A DNA stretch of 62,717 bases, the filler included. It is 5 parts of 5 records of this genome, joined end to end, with 100 filler letters (N's around TTAATTAATTAA, not from the genome) between each part and the next. Parts side by side here need not be neighbours in the genome. Positions count along the whole stretch, not along the records: positions 1 to 20,479 come from SRR22947727_9; positions 20,580 to 32,687 come from SRR22947727_10; 3 more parts are not named here. One strand, written 5' to 3'. The notes under the pieces were generated by a model, which was given only the letters and a program-made list of their open reading frames with translations, made no database searches and had not been told where the DNA came from. Shown piece after piece: positions 19,503 through 29,416 of the stretch. Within the stretch, counting starts at the first letter, position 1. Each line of letters starts with the position of its first letter. A program made the position numbers and the translations under genes.

Positions 19503-20342
19503 ATGAATCTAAATAAAATAAGAAATAAAATTTATAGCGAAGTTTATGCTAGACATGCACATAAATCAAAAATAGCTAAAGAAATGAATACACAGCCAAT
19601 TGATAACTGGAGCCAAAACCCTTATCTTAAATTAAAATATTATTTAATAATAGAGCTTGCAGCATTAATAAGTTTTTTTTGTCTAAAGCTAAAAATTCAT
19701 CCAAATATCATTACTTTTACAGGAGTTATTTTTGCTTTAATTTCTTTTTTAGGATTATCTAGCACGTATTCCCATTTAAACGTTTTAGCATTGATATTAT
19801 TTTTTTTAAAAAATATTTTTGATTACGCAGATGGTTTTGTAGCTAGAGTATCAAAAAAACATTCTGCTTTTGGAGCTTTTTTTGATGAATGGAGTGGAGA
19901 TCTTTTTACTTTTTGTTTTTATTTTTCATTTCCCATTTATGTATTTAATAAAACACAAAATATATTTTTTTTATATTTATTAGTATTTCTATTTTTTTTA
20001 AAAATAACTAATCCTAAAAATAAAATAATGTCAGAAAATTATTTAAAAAAACAAAGTAATATTATTAAAAAACAAATTATAAATATTTTTCTTAAAATAG
20101 AATATTTTAAGAAGCATAATTTTAAAAAAAATCTTAAAAATAAATTAATTGTAATTTTTTCAAAATTGGATTTTGATGGCCGTACTCGATATACAGATTT
20201 TTTAGTGTTAGTAATTATTAGTGAAATTTACATGGAAAAAGTAATTCTTTCTCAGTATATTTGTATTTTATGGGCATTAGTCTCTCTAATGAAAAATTTT
20301 TACTTTTTCAAAAAATTAGCAATATTAAAAACTAAAAAATAA
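19503..20342 (+). CDS. CDP-alcohol phosphotransferase family membrane protein
   Basis: HPNIIT and DYADGFVAR...S..GAFFDEWSGD signature; several TM helices. Confidence 0.85.
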   Translation: MNLNKIRNKIYSEVYARHAHKSKIAKEMNTQPIDNWSQNPYLKLKYYLIIELAALISFFCLKLKIHPNIITFTGVIFALISFLGLSSTYSHLNVLALILFFLKNIFDYADGFVARVSKKHSAFGAFFDEWSGDLFTFCFYFSFPIYVFNKTQNIFFLYLLVFLFFLKITNPKNKIMSENYLKKQSNIIKKQIINIFLKIEYFKKHNFKKNLKNKLIVIFSKLDFDGRTRYTDFLVLVIISEIYMEKVILSQYICILWALVSLMKNFYFFKKLAILKTKK

Positions 20343-20415
20343 TTTTCGGAAATCATGATTTAAATTGTTAATTTTTCATCCTAGAAATATAGATGAATTG
20401 TGATGAATTTAGTTG

Positions 20416-20444
20416 TTTACATTTTTAAATAAAAAATATATAAA
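20416..20444 (+). promoter_or_regulatory. Putative sigma70 promoter for the 5S rRNA
   Basis: TTTACA (20416-20421), 17-bp spacer, TATAAA (20439-20444), about 6 nt before the 5S start. Confidence 0.55.
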
Positions 20445-20449
20445 AAATC

Positions 20450-20479
20450 GCCTGGTAATTATTGCGAAGGGGCCACACC
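20450..20479 (+). rRNA. rrf: 5S rRNA, 5' fragment truncated by contig end
   Basis: GCCTGGTAATTATTGCGAAGGGGCCACACC matches the bacterial 5S 5' pattern CCTGGT...A..GCG...G...CACC; abrupt GC rise. Confidence 0.8.
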
Positions 20480-20579
20480 NNNNNNNNNNNNNNNNNNNNN
20501 NNNNNNNNNNNNNNNNNNNNNNNTTAATTAATTAANNNNNNNNNNNNNNNNNNNNNNNNNNNNNNNNNNNNNNNNNNNN
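20480..20579. other. Artificial contig spacer
   Basis: N-run + TTAATTAATTAA + N-run, 100 bp. Confidence 0.98.
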
Positions 20580-20580
20580 T

Positions 20581-21027
20581 ACATGGATAAAAAGTTTTTT
20601 ATCCAAAAAAAATGAAAAGTTTATAATAATAAATTTTATTAAAACTATAAATTTAAATAGTTTTTTGATTAATATTTTTGTAAAATTATCTAAGAATACA
20701 GTTTTAGTGTACCACCCTGTAGATTTATTTTCTTCTATTAAACCGTATAAAAAAAGTTTAAATTTTTTTTTAAGTAGAGTCATGCAGCATAAGTATAATT
20801 TGAAAGTTTACATTTTTTCTATACAAAAAATTATATTTAATTTTCTTTTGAGAATAACAAAAGGAGGAAAAAAAATTATTCTATCAAACAACTTTGACAA
20901 ATTAGTTTTAGATAACATTGAAGATGTTGATAAAGACCAAATAATAAACATTAATTTTAATCCCTCTTTTAAATTACACAAGGTTTTTGATTTATTACTA
21001 AGGATAAGTTTATGTTCTAAATTATAA
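20581..21027 (+). CDS. Partial hypothetical protein, open from the contig start; probably real only to about 20945
   Basis: Open frame TWIKSFLSKKNEKFIIINF... with host-like Lys/Asn/Ile bias; its 3' part runs antisense into the next gene. Confidence 0.4.
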   Translation, partial: TWIKSFLSKKNEKFIIINFIKTINLNSFLINIFVKLSKNTVLVYHPVDLFSSIKPYKKSLNFFLSRVMQHKYNLKVYIFSIQKIIFNFLLRITKGGKKIILSNNFDKLVLDNIEDVDKDQIININFNPSFKLHKVFDLLLRISLCSKL

Positions 21028-21827
21028 GTATATTCTTTATCATTTTTAAAATGAATAATTTTTTTTTTATTATTTTTTATAATTGTTATTTTACAATTAA
21101 TTAAATCACATATCATTGTAAAATCTGATCCATGAATAATTGCTAATCTCTTTTCGTTTTTACTGAAAAAATTAAGATCAACAACAAAACTTAATTTTTC
21201 AGTTTTTCCTGTAATTATAGCGCAATCTTCAACATCTATCTTTAATTTTGAAAATTTACCTATACAAACAGAGTTAATTTTTTTTATTTCTTTAAACATC
21301 ATTTGTAAATAGTCTAATTCATGGCTTAGTTCTAGTAACACTCCACCACCATATTTTTTTTTAGCTGAATTAGAGTTTTTATAATTTATTTCTTTTCTCC
21401 AATTTGGCAAATAAGAGTGGCAATAAATACCTGTATAATAATAATTTTTTCCAATTAAATAATTTTTTGCGTATTGAATTACAGGATGCAATCGTAAATT
21501 ATAACCTACAAACACTTTGTGATTATTAATAATTTTTATTTTTTTATATTTATCAAAAAGTGGTTTCTCTACTAAAATTTTCTTATTTTTAAAATTCTTT
21601 AAAATATAACATAAATCTCGATAATGTTCTGAGGTTCTCGAGCTAATTATGATGAAAGATGGGTTAATTTTTTTTATATCTGAATGAGTCTTTATGGTTT
21701 TATACCTTTTAGAAACCTGATTTGTTAATAAAAAAATATTGCCAATTTTTTTATTTTTGTTTAAGATTTTGGCATGTTTTTTACCTATTGAACCATAGCC
21801 AATAATAAGAACCGTTTCTTTTTTCAT
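20808..21827 (-). CDS. Gfo/Idh/MocA family oxidoreductase (PtmF-like); last ~45 aa probably read-through
   Basis: IGYGSIGKKH, VEKP, VGYNLR, SYLPNWR, GGGVLLELSHELD. Confidence 0.85.
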   Translation of the reverse strand: MKKETVLIIGYGSIGKKHAKILNKNKKIGNIFLLTNQVSKRYKTIKTHSDIKKINPSFIIISSRTSEHYRDLCYILKNFKNKKILVEKPLFDKYKKIKIINNHKVFVGYNLRLHPVIQYAKNYLIGKNYYYTGIYCHSYLPNWRKEINYKNSNSAKKKYGGGVLLELSHELDYLQMMFKEIKKINSVCIGKFSKLKIDVEDCAIITGKTEKLSFVVDLNFFSKNEKRLAIIHGSDFTMICDLINCKITIIKNNKKKIIHFKNDKEYTYNLEHKLILSNKSKTLCNLKEGLKLMFIIWSLSTSSMLSKTNLSKLFDRIIFFPPFVILKRKLNIIFCIEKM

Positions 21828-22513
21828 CTTGTTTTAACTGATAATAACTTTGCCATTAGGTAATCTTCTTTGCTATCAATGTCTATAGATCTATTTTTTG
21901 GTATTTCTATAAATCCAGTTTTTCCACTAAATAAGTTATTTTTTGTTTTTAGAATATATTTTGGTTTGAAAACATAGCATACAGTTGTTAAATCAAAACA
22001 TTCTGGAGCGTCTTGTCTTCTAGATATTTTTTTTTTTGAACTTAAAACTAATTCAAGTTTTTTATTTTTAACTTTAACCATATTAAAATATGGATTTTTG
22101 GATGACTTCGTTATTGAAAAAACCATATCTAAATTATTTTTAATCGCTTTTTTAATGCAATTATCAATATCAGATACTTTTCTTAGGGGAGAAGTAGTTG
22201 GAACAGAAACTATATAATCAATTTTTTTTTTTTTACTTAAAAACTTAATTGCATGTCTCCATGTTTCAATTTCAGGTGAATTATCTTTTGCCAGAATAGC
22301 TGGTCTTAAAAAGGGTACTTCAGCTTTATACTTTATTGCTTCTTTTGCAATTTTCTTGCTGTCTGTGGAAACAATTACTTTCTTAATATAGCTTGATTTT
22401 CTTGCTTGTTTTATAGCGTGAGCTATTAGGCTTGTTTTTTTTAATTTTAACAAATTTTTATTCTTAATGCCTTTAGAATTACCTCTTGCACAAATTAATG
22501 CGATTATATTCAT
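21824..22513 (-). CDS. Acylneuraminate cytidylyltransferase (PtmB/LegF-like); start revised to MNIIALICARG
   Basis: ICARGNSKGIKNKN, VSTDS, PFLRP, PTTSPLR, RRQDAP, SIDIDS. Confidence 0.85.
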   Translation of the reverse strand: MNIIALICARGNSKGIKNKNLLKLKKTSLIAHAIKQARKSSYIKKVIVSTDSKKIAKEAIKYKAEVPFLRPAILAKDNSPEIETWRHAIKFLSKKKKIDYIVSVPTTSPLRKVSDIDNCIKKAIKNNLDMVFSITKSSKNPYFNMVKVKNKKLELVLSSKKKISRRQDAPECFDLTTVCYVFKPKYILKTKNNLFSGKTGFIEIPKNRSIDIDSKEDYLMAKLLSVKTR

Positions 22514-22532
22514 AATGTTATTAAATTTAAAA

Positions 22533-23579
22533 TTAGATTTCTTTGTTAATATAGTTTTTATATTTGTCCATTTGACCAACATCTACCCAATCTTTTTCTT
22601 TAATCTCAAATAGACCTATTTTCTTATTATTTTTATGTGCTTTTAATATCAATTGATTAAAATCTAAATTTTGTTTTTTATGAATTAGACTTAATATATT
22701 TTTATTAATTAGATACAGTCCAACATTTACTTTAAATTTATAATTAGGTTTTTCAACCATATTAAATTTTTTATCTTTAATACTGCACACGCCATAAGGA
22801 ATAATAAATTTTTTGTTAGCTACAACAGTAGTGATGTCACAGTTATTATTATTATGGTATTCTAAAATTTTTGAATAATCAGTATTAATTATTGTATCGC
22901 AGTTTGTAAGAAAAAAATTGTCTTTAATTTTATTTTTTAAGTAAATTAAACTTCCTGCAGTTCCTAGCGGTGTGTCTTCTTCTATAATATTTATATTAAA
23001 TAATTTTTTAATTTCTTTAAAATATGATTTTAAAATCTCTGCTTTATAGTTGAGTGTAACAAAAAATTTACTTGGTTTATGTTTATTAAATTTTTCTAAA
23101 ATATGTCTTATGGCAGGCTTATTATTAATTGGCAATAAAGGCTTAGGTAAAATTTCTGTATAAGGTCTTAATCTTGTTCCTTTTCCACCAGCCATAATAA
23201 CTACACTACAATTTATCTTTCCCAGTTTTTTAGTTTTTAATTTTTTATATTTTTCAAAGGTGAGAATATCTACAATGGTATGTGTTTTACGATCTACAAC
23301 AGGTAAAATCTCTAACTGCTTAATTTTTATAAATAATTCTGTATTTTTTTTATTTATTTCATCTGAGTAAATATATTTAGGTTTTTTGTTATAAATTCTG
23401 TTTATATTTTTATTTAATATATTTTTATTCATTATTGCTTTTCGTAAATCAAAACTACTTAAAATTCCTTTTAATTTTTTTTTATTCTCTGTTACTACTA
23501 AACTTTTTCCTCCAAGCTTATTAATTTTTTTAATGGCTTTAGTAGTGGTCGAATTATAATCTATTAAAAATTTTTTCAT
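22533..23579 (-). CDS. CBS-domain sugar-phosphate nucleotidyltransferase (PtmE-like)
   Basis: N-terminal CBS-like region, MAGGKGTRLRPYT..LPKPL, PLGTAG, TNCD, IPYGV, WVDVG. Confidence 0.85.
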   Translation of the reverse strand: MKKFLIDYNSTTTKAIKKINKLGGKSLVVTENKKKLKGILSSFDLRKAIMNKNILNKNINRIYNKKPKYIYSDEINKKNTELFIKIKQLEILPVVDRKTHTIVDILTFEKYKKLKTKKLGKINCSVVIMAGGKGTRLRPYTEILPKPLLPINNKPAIRHILEKFNKHKPSKFFVTLNYKAEILKSYFKEIKKLFNINIIEEDTPLGTAGSLIYLKNKIKDNFFLTNCDTIINTDYSKILEYHNNNNCDITTVVANKKFIIPYGVCSIKDKKFNMVEKPNYKFKVNVGLYLINKNILSLIHKKQNLDFNQLILKAHKNNKKIGLFEIKEKDWVDVGQMDKYKNYINKEI

Positions 23580-23584
23580 TTTAT

Positions 23585-24808
23585 TTAATCGTCTGTCCCA
23601 TCGTTATTTGCTGTATGTCTTAAATACCAATTATTCCTTATTTTTTTCCACAAATGCGGTGATCTAAATTGATCGCATAAATTATGAAAGCTACTTTCCT
23701 TTATATCTAAGTATTTCATAATCTCTTTAAAGTATTTATCTGGAAATTCTCCATCATATTTTTTTATTAATTTATTTCCTTCGTCTATACTTAAATGGTC
23801 ATTTCTTAATTCTTGCGATACATCATAAGTTGCTCTTCCGAAACCAAACTTTATAAATGTTGTAAAATAATGCAAGTCATCAATTTTATCATCAATACTG
23901 TTGTACTTGCTGTAAGTTCCTTGTGTTCTAAAGGGACGAGGTCTGAAACCAGAGTTTTCAACTGCATAATAAAATGTCTCTTGTGGTATCCACTTCAAAT
24001 AATAACCTAAATAATGTACTTCTAACGGGAAGTTATCAAAGGAGTTAGCTGCGGGTGGCAAGAATTCTTTTAAATTTTTTTCTTTTAAAGAGTGATCTGA
24101 GATTAGTTTATTTATTGGTACGCCTCCTAAATGGAGTTTATTAATATTGTTATGAGTAAAAAATGACTTATTTCTTAGAGAAATATTATTATCTGCTAAC
24201 GGTAAGCTTCCATGCTCAGCTTCGTTTTCACCGTAAAATACTAAAGGTATTTTATATTTTAAAGCCATTTTTACTGGGAAAATTTTTTGTCCTAACATAA
24301 AAGTTTGAAAAGGATGTAAAAGATTTATTATGGATAGTTTTGTTAAAACTTTCATTGTTTTCTCATCTCTTTTTGCTGAAATATTTTTAAATTTTCCACT
24401 ACTAATCCAGTTTTTAAAATTTTGAAAACCATAATCTGTGTATAGGATCGGAGGCCACGTGACTGTAAGTGGATTCATTCCATATTTATATTTTAACACA
24501 TGGGCAGCGTAACAGCTGTCTTTTCCTCCACTGCCTGGAACTATGCAATCGAATTGCCCGTGTTTCCCTCTATGTTTTTCTAAAAGTTTTAACAATTTTT
24601 TTTCCCTTAATTTAAAATTAATTTTTTTTTTTATTCTAGAATAACGCCAAGACTCACTTACCCCATTTTTATCGAACTTTAGTGTGTCTTTTTTTGAATT
24701 TTTATTATGTTTAAATTCAACAGTTGAGTTTGGTCTTTGATTGGACATCAGAGTTTTTTTGCAAAATATAACTTTTTTTGGCAGACCGTAATAATTTTTT
24801 AAAATCAT
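23585..24808 (-). CDS. N-acetyl sugar amidotransferase (WbuX/WbpG/PseA family)
   Basis: DCIVPGSGGKDS PP-loop, YGENEAE, GTYSKYNSIDDKIDD, KFGFGRA, YDGEFP. Confidence 0.88.
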   Translation of the reverse strand: MILKNYYGLPKKVIFCKKTLMSNQRPNSTVEFKHNKNSKKDTLKFDKNGVSESWRYSRIKKKINFKLREKKLLKLLEKHRGKHGQFDCIVPGSGGKDSCYAAHVLKYKYGMNPLTVTWPPILYTDYGFQNFKNWISSGKFKNISAKRDEKTMKVLTKLSIINLLHPFQTFMLGQKIFPVKMALKYKIPLVFYGENEAEHGSLPLADNNISLRNKSFFTHNNINKLHLGGVPINKLISDHSLKEKNLKEFLPPAANSFDNFPLEVHYLGYYLKWIPQETFYYAVENSGFRPRPFRTQGTYSKYNSIDDKIDDLHYFTTFIKFGFGRATYDVSQELRNDHLSIDEGNKLIKKYDGEFPDKYFKEIMKYLDIKESSFHNLCDQFRSPHLWKKIRNNWYLRHTANNDGTDD

Positions 24809-25437
24809 ATTAATTTTTTTAAGTTTTTAAGAAATTCAATGCCCCAATATCCGCTTTTTTCTGGATGAAACTGAGTTCCAAAAATATTTCCTTTTTTAGT
24901 CATTGAGCAAAAATTCATTTTTCCGTAAGGAGTAGTTCCAAAAATATTTTGTTTTTGCTTTGGTTGAACATAATAAGAATGAATGAAATAAAAGTATTTA
25001 TTTTCAAATTTTTTAAAATCATTTTTAAAATTATTTTTTTGAATATCAAATTTATTCCATCCCAAATGTGTAGTTATGATGTCTTTCTTATTAAACTTTA
25101 CTACTTTACCATTTATAAATTCTAATCCTTTTGTTTTTTCAAATTCAAAACTTTCTTCAAATAGTAATTGCATTCCTAGGCAAATTCCGTAAAGTAATGA
25201 ATTAGGTTTTTCTAAATAACTATTAAGTTTATCTTTAATGCTATTATTTTTCAAAAATTTTACTCCAGTTTTAAAGGCACCTACTCCAGGTAAAATAATT
25301 ATGTCATATGATAATTTTTTTTTTTTAAAATTTACTATTTCTGTTTTAAAACCAGCCTCAATGCAGCTTCTATAAACACTGTAAATATTATTGATTTTTA
25401 AATCTATAATTCCAACGTTAATTTTATTTTTTTTCAT
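24805..25437 (-). CDS. HisH-like glutamine amidotransferase subunit (glycan-associated, WbuY-like)
   Basis: PGVGAF, GICLGMQ, YFIHSY, QFHPEKSG. Confidence 0.88.
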   Translation of the reverse strand: MKKNKINVGIIDLKINNIYSVYRSCIEAGFKTEIVNFKKKKLSYDIIILPGVGAFKTGVKFLKNNSIKDKLNSYLEKPNSLLYGICLGMQLLFEESFEFEKTKGLEFINGKVVKFNKKDIITTHLGWNKFDIQKNNFKNDFKKFENKYFYFIHSYYVQPKQKQNIFGTTPYGKMNFCSMTKKGNIFGTQFHPEKSGYWGIEFLKNLKKLI

Positions 25438-26281
25438 TTCTCACCTTTATACCTTTGAGACTTAAATATTTTTTTAATTGATGAATAATATTTTTCTTAT
25501 TTTTAGGTTTAGAAATATTTTTAAGGTAGGTTGTGTTACCTACTTTTGGGTCAAATTTAGGAAAATAATTTAAAGCATCATAATGTAAAATTGAAGCTAG
25601 TCCTACTCCACTAATTTTAGTTTTTTTTATAACCTCATAAATATCTTTAAAATTTCCAGCTCCTCCATGCGCAATGACAGGAATATTTACTGACCGCGAA
25701 ACAGCATTAGTCAATTTAATATCAAATCCTTTCTTCAACCCTTCATTATTAACTGAAGTTAAAATTATTTCTCCTGCACCGTAATTTTCTACCTTTTTTG
25801 CCCATTTAATTGGATTAATATTAGCTAAATCTCTTCCATTTGCTTTACTTACATTGTACTTAGCATCGACTCTAATAGATTGAATCATTATAGTTATATT
25901 TGCTGAACCAAAGATTTTGGCTGCTCTTTCCAATAAATTTGGGTTTTCAATTATAGAAGAATTTATACAAATTTTGTCAGCACCTGCAGAGAACATTTTT
26001 TTCATATCATCTATAGATCTAATTCCGCCTCCTACTGATAAAGGTATAAAAACATCTTTAGCTGTGTCTGTAATAAAATTTGATAAATTATTTGTGCCGT
26101 ATAAAGTGGCCACGTTATCAATATAACAAATCTCGTCTGCACCACTTTTGTAATAGTAGTTTGAAAAATCTCTAGCCTTACCAAGTACCCTTAAACCCTC
26201 TAAATTTATTCCTTTTATAAGCAGACCATTTTTAATATCTAAAAATGGTATTATCCTGATTGGGTTTAAATTTTTCTTCAT
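25424..26281 (-). CDS. HisF-like cyclase subunit (glycan-associated, WbuZ-like)
   Basis: RIIPFLDIK, GADEI, VGGGIRS, GAGEIILTSV, IAHGGAG. Confidence 0.88.
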   Translation of the reverse strand: MKKNLNPIRIIPFLDIKNGLLIKGINLEGLRVLGKARDFSNYYYKSGADEICYIDNVATLYGTNNLSNFITDTAKDVFIPLSVGGGIRSIDDMKKMFSAGADKICINSSIIENPNLLERAAKIFGSANITIMIQSIRVDAKYNVSKANGRDLANINPIKWAKKVENYGAGEIILTSVNNEGLKKGFDIKLTNAVSRSVNIPVIAHGGAGNFKDIYEVIKKTKISGVGLASILHYDALNYFPKFDPKVGNTTYLKNISKPKNKKNIIHQLKKYLSLKGIKVRNEKK

Positions 26282-27570
26282 TATATGTCTAAACTTTTTA
26301 AAGTTGAATGAGTAAATGTGCCTTCACAAGATTTAAATCTTTTAACAATTTTTAAAAATTCATTTTTTTTCCACAAATCTTTTTTAAAATAATCATTTTT
26401 TAACACCTCTTCATCATAAATATTTTTTAGTCTTTCATTAATAAATTTATTAAAAGAAATTTGTTTATCGTCAAATTGAATTTTATTTTTATAATTTTTA
26501 CTTGACTCGTAATTGATAACGAATTCTTTTGTTGCATCAAGTAATTCTATGTTAGAATTTTCCTCAAAATGTAATTCATCAATATTAACTTCTGTTTGGT
26601 GGTATCTTATATTTAGTGTTGCAAAATCCTTTAAAGATAAAATTTTACCATTTTTTTTATTAATAATTTTTCTAAAGATTCCTCTATCTATATTTTTTCT
26701 TGGGAAAGTTGGGTAGATATCATATAAGTTAGTTGAAAGTGTAGGTTTATTAAAAAGCCATGCAGTATCTAATGGCCCTGAAGGGGTACCAATATAAAAA
26801 TTGCATTCTTTGATTAAAAATAAATCCATAATATCAGATTTCAGATCAGTAAAAGGATAATCAATAAAATTTTTATTACTGAAATTTAATTTTTGAGCTG
26901 ACTTATCGCCAAGTCTTATAACCAAATAATTTTTTTGGATCAGATATTCTATCGCTCCTATATAATTTTTTATATCTGAATTTCTATATCCCCTTCTATT
27001 TGTATCATTATAATATCCGTGATCTCTAACATGTAGACAAACAATTTTATCAAGACTCAAATTATATTTCTTTAGTAATTTTTTACATTTTTCTTTTTCA
27101 TCTTCTTGTAAGTCTACTTGTGACTCTTTTATACTTAATGGTTCTAGCTTATTATAAGTTTCAAATTTTTTTTCCACGTATAAATCTCTTGAACCTATAA
27201 GAGCAAATCTAAATTCTTCACCCATATCTAATTTAAAAAAAAATTTTAAACTTATTGCTAAAGATCTTCTAATCACAAATTCAATTTGTATTAGAGAATT
27301 AATCAATTTGTATAATAAATTTTTTTTATTAAATTCAAAATTATTGAAAACTAAAGACTCGAATAAACTATTATTGCATATTCTATAATTTAAAGTTTTT
27401 TTTAAAACATGCGTTTTAAATATCAATAATTTTTTATTCGTTTTTTTTGCCTGGGCAGATGCCATTGCAATATGTTCTGATGCTGCACCAATTCCATAGA
27501 CTAATGGTGTACAAATAAAAAATGGAAACTTTTTTGTATAGTTTAATTTCTGAAACAACTTATAAAACAT
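26281..27570 (-). CDS. Putative glycosyltransferase, TIGR04372-like
   Basis: VCLHVRDHGY, RNSDI..Y, VIRLGD, IDYPF, FYIGTPSG, FEENS. Confidence 0.75.
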   Translation of the reverse strand: MFYKLFQKLNYTKKFPFFICTPLVYGIGAASEHIAMASAQAKKTNKKLLIFKTHVLKKTLNYRICNNSLFESLVFNNFEFNKKNLLYKLINSLIQIEFVIRRSLAISLKFFFKLDMGEEFRFALIGSRDLYVEKKFETYNKLEPLSIKESQVDLQEDEKEKCKKLLKKYNLSLDKIVCLHVRDHGYYNDTNRRGYRNSDIKNYIGAIEYLIQKNYLVIRLGDKSAQKLNFSNKNFIDYPFTDLKSDIMDLFLIKECNFYIGTPSGPLDTAWLFNKPTLSTNLYDIYPTFPRKNIDRGIFRKIINKKNGKILSLKDFATLNIRYHQTEVNIDELHFEENSNIELLDATKEFVINYESSKNYKNKIQFDDKQISFNKFINERLKNIYDEEVLKNDYFKKDLWKKNEFLKIVKRFKSCEGTFTHSTLKSLDI

Positions 27571-27578
27571 CTATTTAT

Positions 27579-28316
27579 TTAAGATTTTAGTCCGCCATCA
27601 ATTCTTACAATAGATCCGTTCATGAAATTATTTTCTTCTGAAATAATTAAATTAATAAATTTTACTAAGTCGGCTCCTGTTCCCAATCTTTCAACAGAAA
27701 GATACTTTTTTGCAAAATCTTTTACAAAATCTGGTTTTTGAACAGAAGCTTTATACCAATTATTATTTTTAGCCGCTATTATGCTGGTTTTAATGCAGTT
27801 AATTAAAATATTATGTTTGCCAAATATATTAGCACTTTTAACTACATAATTTTCCAAAAAGGCTTTTGAGGTAGAATAAGCTATTGAAGCATTTTTATCT
27901 TCAACAGCCGATGTTGAGAAGAATAAAATTCTTCCAAATTTTTTCTTTATCATTTTCTTTATGAAAAAATTATTTATAAAAATATGCTTTAATATATTTA
28001 AATCTAAAAGTTTAACCCAATCTTTAATATCATATGGATAATCTTTTATCCCAAACGACCCTCCAACTGCATTAATAATTATATCAGCCTCAATATTAAG
28101 ATTTTTTAAAGTTTTAGTTATTTCACCTTCATCATCTAAAAAATTTAATTTAAAAAAAATTAAATCTTTATTTTTCCTGATTTTAGATGAAAAATTTTTT
28201 AAACTTTCTTCGTTATTGTATGATGCAAAAATTTGATAATTTTTCTCTAATAATTTATCAATACATGAAGTCATAATTCCAGAGGTCCCCCCAATTATAA
28301 GAATTTTTTTTTTCAT
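27579..28316 (-). CDS. SDR family oxidoreductase
   Basis: IGGTSGI, YSTSK (YxxxK), NGSIVRIDGG. Confidence 0.85.
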   Translation of the reverse strand: MKKKILIIGGTSGIMTSCIDKLLEKNYQIFASYNNEESLKNFSSKIRKNKDLIFFKLNFLDDEGEITKTLKNLNIEADIIINAVGGSFGIKDYPYDIKDWVKLLDLNILKHIFINNFFIKKMIKKKFGRILFFSTSAVEDKNASIAYSTSKAFLENYVVKSANIFGKHNILINCIKTSIIAAKNNNWYKASVQKPDFVKDFAKKYLSVERLGTGADLVKFINLIISEENNFMNGSIVRIDGGLKS

Positions 28317-28324
28317 TATATTTA

Positions 28325-29404
28325 TTAATTTTTAAAAAATTTTTCTTTTAAAGATTTTATTGATATTTTTTTATTTTCTCTAGCTGATTTGTTGCAAGCT
28401 TCCATAAGAATCCAGGTATCTAATGATGTCTGTTGTAACCATGTTCTATTTTTGCCCTCTGTTAATGCTAAATAAAACTCTTTAAATTGAATTCTTTCAT
28501 CTTCAATTAAATTTTGATCTAAATCTTTCAAATATAGGTCATTTACCATAGAACCGTTTTTATACAAAGATATCCTGCCACCTTGTCTTCTTAGGTCACC
28601 TTTTTCTCCGTGAATAATCCACTGCCCGCTCCATCTAGAAGCAAAACCAAAAATATTTCCATGTGCCGCTCTTGTTCCTGTGTAAGAAAAAGGTGTTCCA
28701 TCTGAATATTCAAAAATACATTGGCCACCTGTTGTTCCAAATACATCAGTGTAGCCTATTTCCTTATCAATTCTTTTATGTGCATAAGATGTTACATATT
28801 TGGGTAACCCTTTTGCAGCAACTAATTGGCTTAATTGATGACATGCCAAAGAATAAAAAAACATTCCTTCTATAGTTACATCTTCGACTGGAGGGTTACT
28901 TTTTAAATTTTGCCTTCCCCAACAAATACATTCTCCTCCTAACATTTTCCCTATTCCATTATCATCACGTAACAGATCTCTCATCCTTTGAGCTGCTTCA
29001 TTCCATTGGTTGTTAAATCCTTGTAACAAAATTAAATTTGGATTTTTAATATGAACATTAATTATTTCTTTAAATTCATCTTCGTTGCAAGCTATAGATT
29101 TTACACAATAAGTATGCATGCCCAAGTTTAAGCTTTCTATAATTAGTTTTGCATGTTCTTTTGTTGATACAAAAATAAAACATGCCTTTGCTTCATGTTT
29201 TTTTTTCGCCTCAGTAATTGAAGTAAAAATATTATTTTTTAGGTTATGTATTGATTTATGCGAACTCGACTCGATTGCTTTTTTTGCTTTAGCCACATTT
29301 ATATCTACACAAGCAACTGGCTTAAAAAGTTTTTCTCTAGACAACACTTCTAATCTTTGAAGTGAAAAACCTCCGCAACCCACATGAATTGATGGTATTT
29401 CCAT
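28325..29404 (-). CDS. Gfo/Idh/MocA family oxidoreductase (divergent)
   Basis: HVGCGGFS Rossmann start, H.YCVKSIA (EKP-equivalent position), C-terminal IHGEKG...ACNKSARE. Confidence 0.7.
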   Translation of the reverse strand: MEIPSIHVGCGGFSLQRLEVLSREKLFKPVACVDINVAKAKKAIESSSHKSIHNLKNNIFTSITEAKKKHEAKACFIFVSTKEHAKLIIESLNLGMHTYCVKSIACNEDEFKEIINVHIKNPNLILLQGFNNQWNEAAQRMRDLLRDDNGIGKMLGGECICWGRQNLKSNPPVEDVTIEGMFFYSLACHQLSQLVAAKGLPKYVTSYAHKRIDKEIGYTDVFGTTGGQCIFEYSDGTPFSYTGTRAAHGNIFGFASRWSGQWIIHGEKGDLRRQGGRISLYKNGSMVNDLYLKDLDQNLIEDERIQFKEFYLALTEGKNRTWLQQTSLDTWILMEACNKSARENKKISIKSLKEKFFKN

Positions 29405-29416
29405 AATTTAATTAAA

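Noticed and set aside
24805-26281. hisH/hisF as histidine biosynthesis genes
   Set aside because: Adjacent to an N-acetyl sugar amidotransferase; this trio is the known glycan amidination module, with no other his genes nearby
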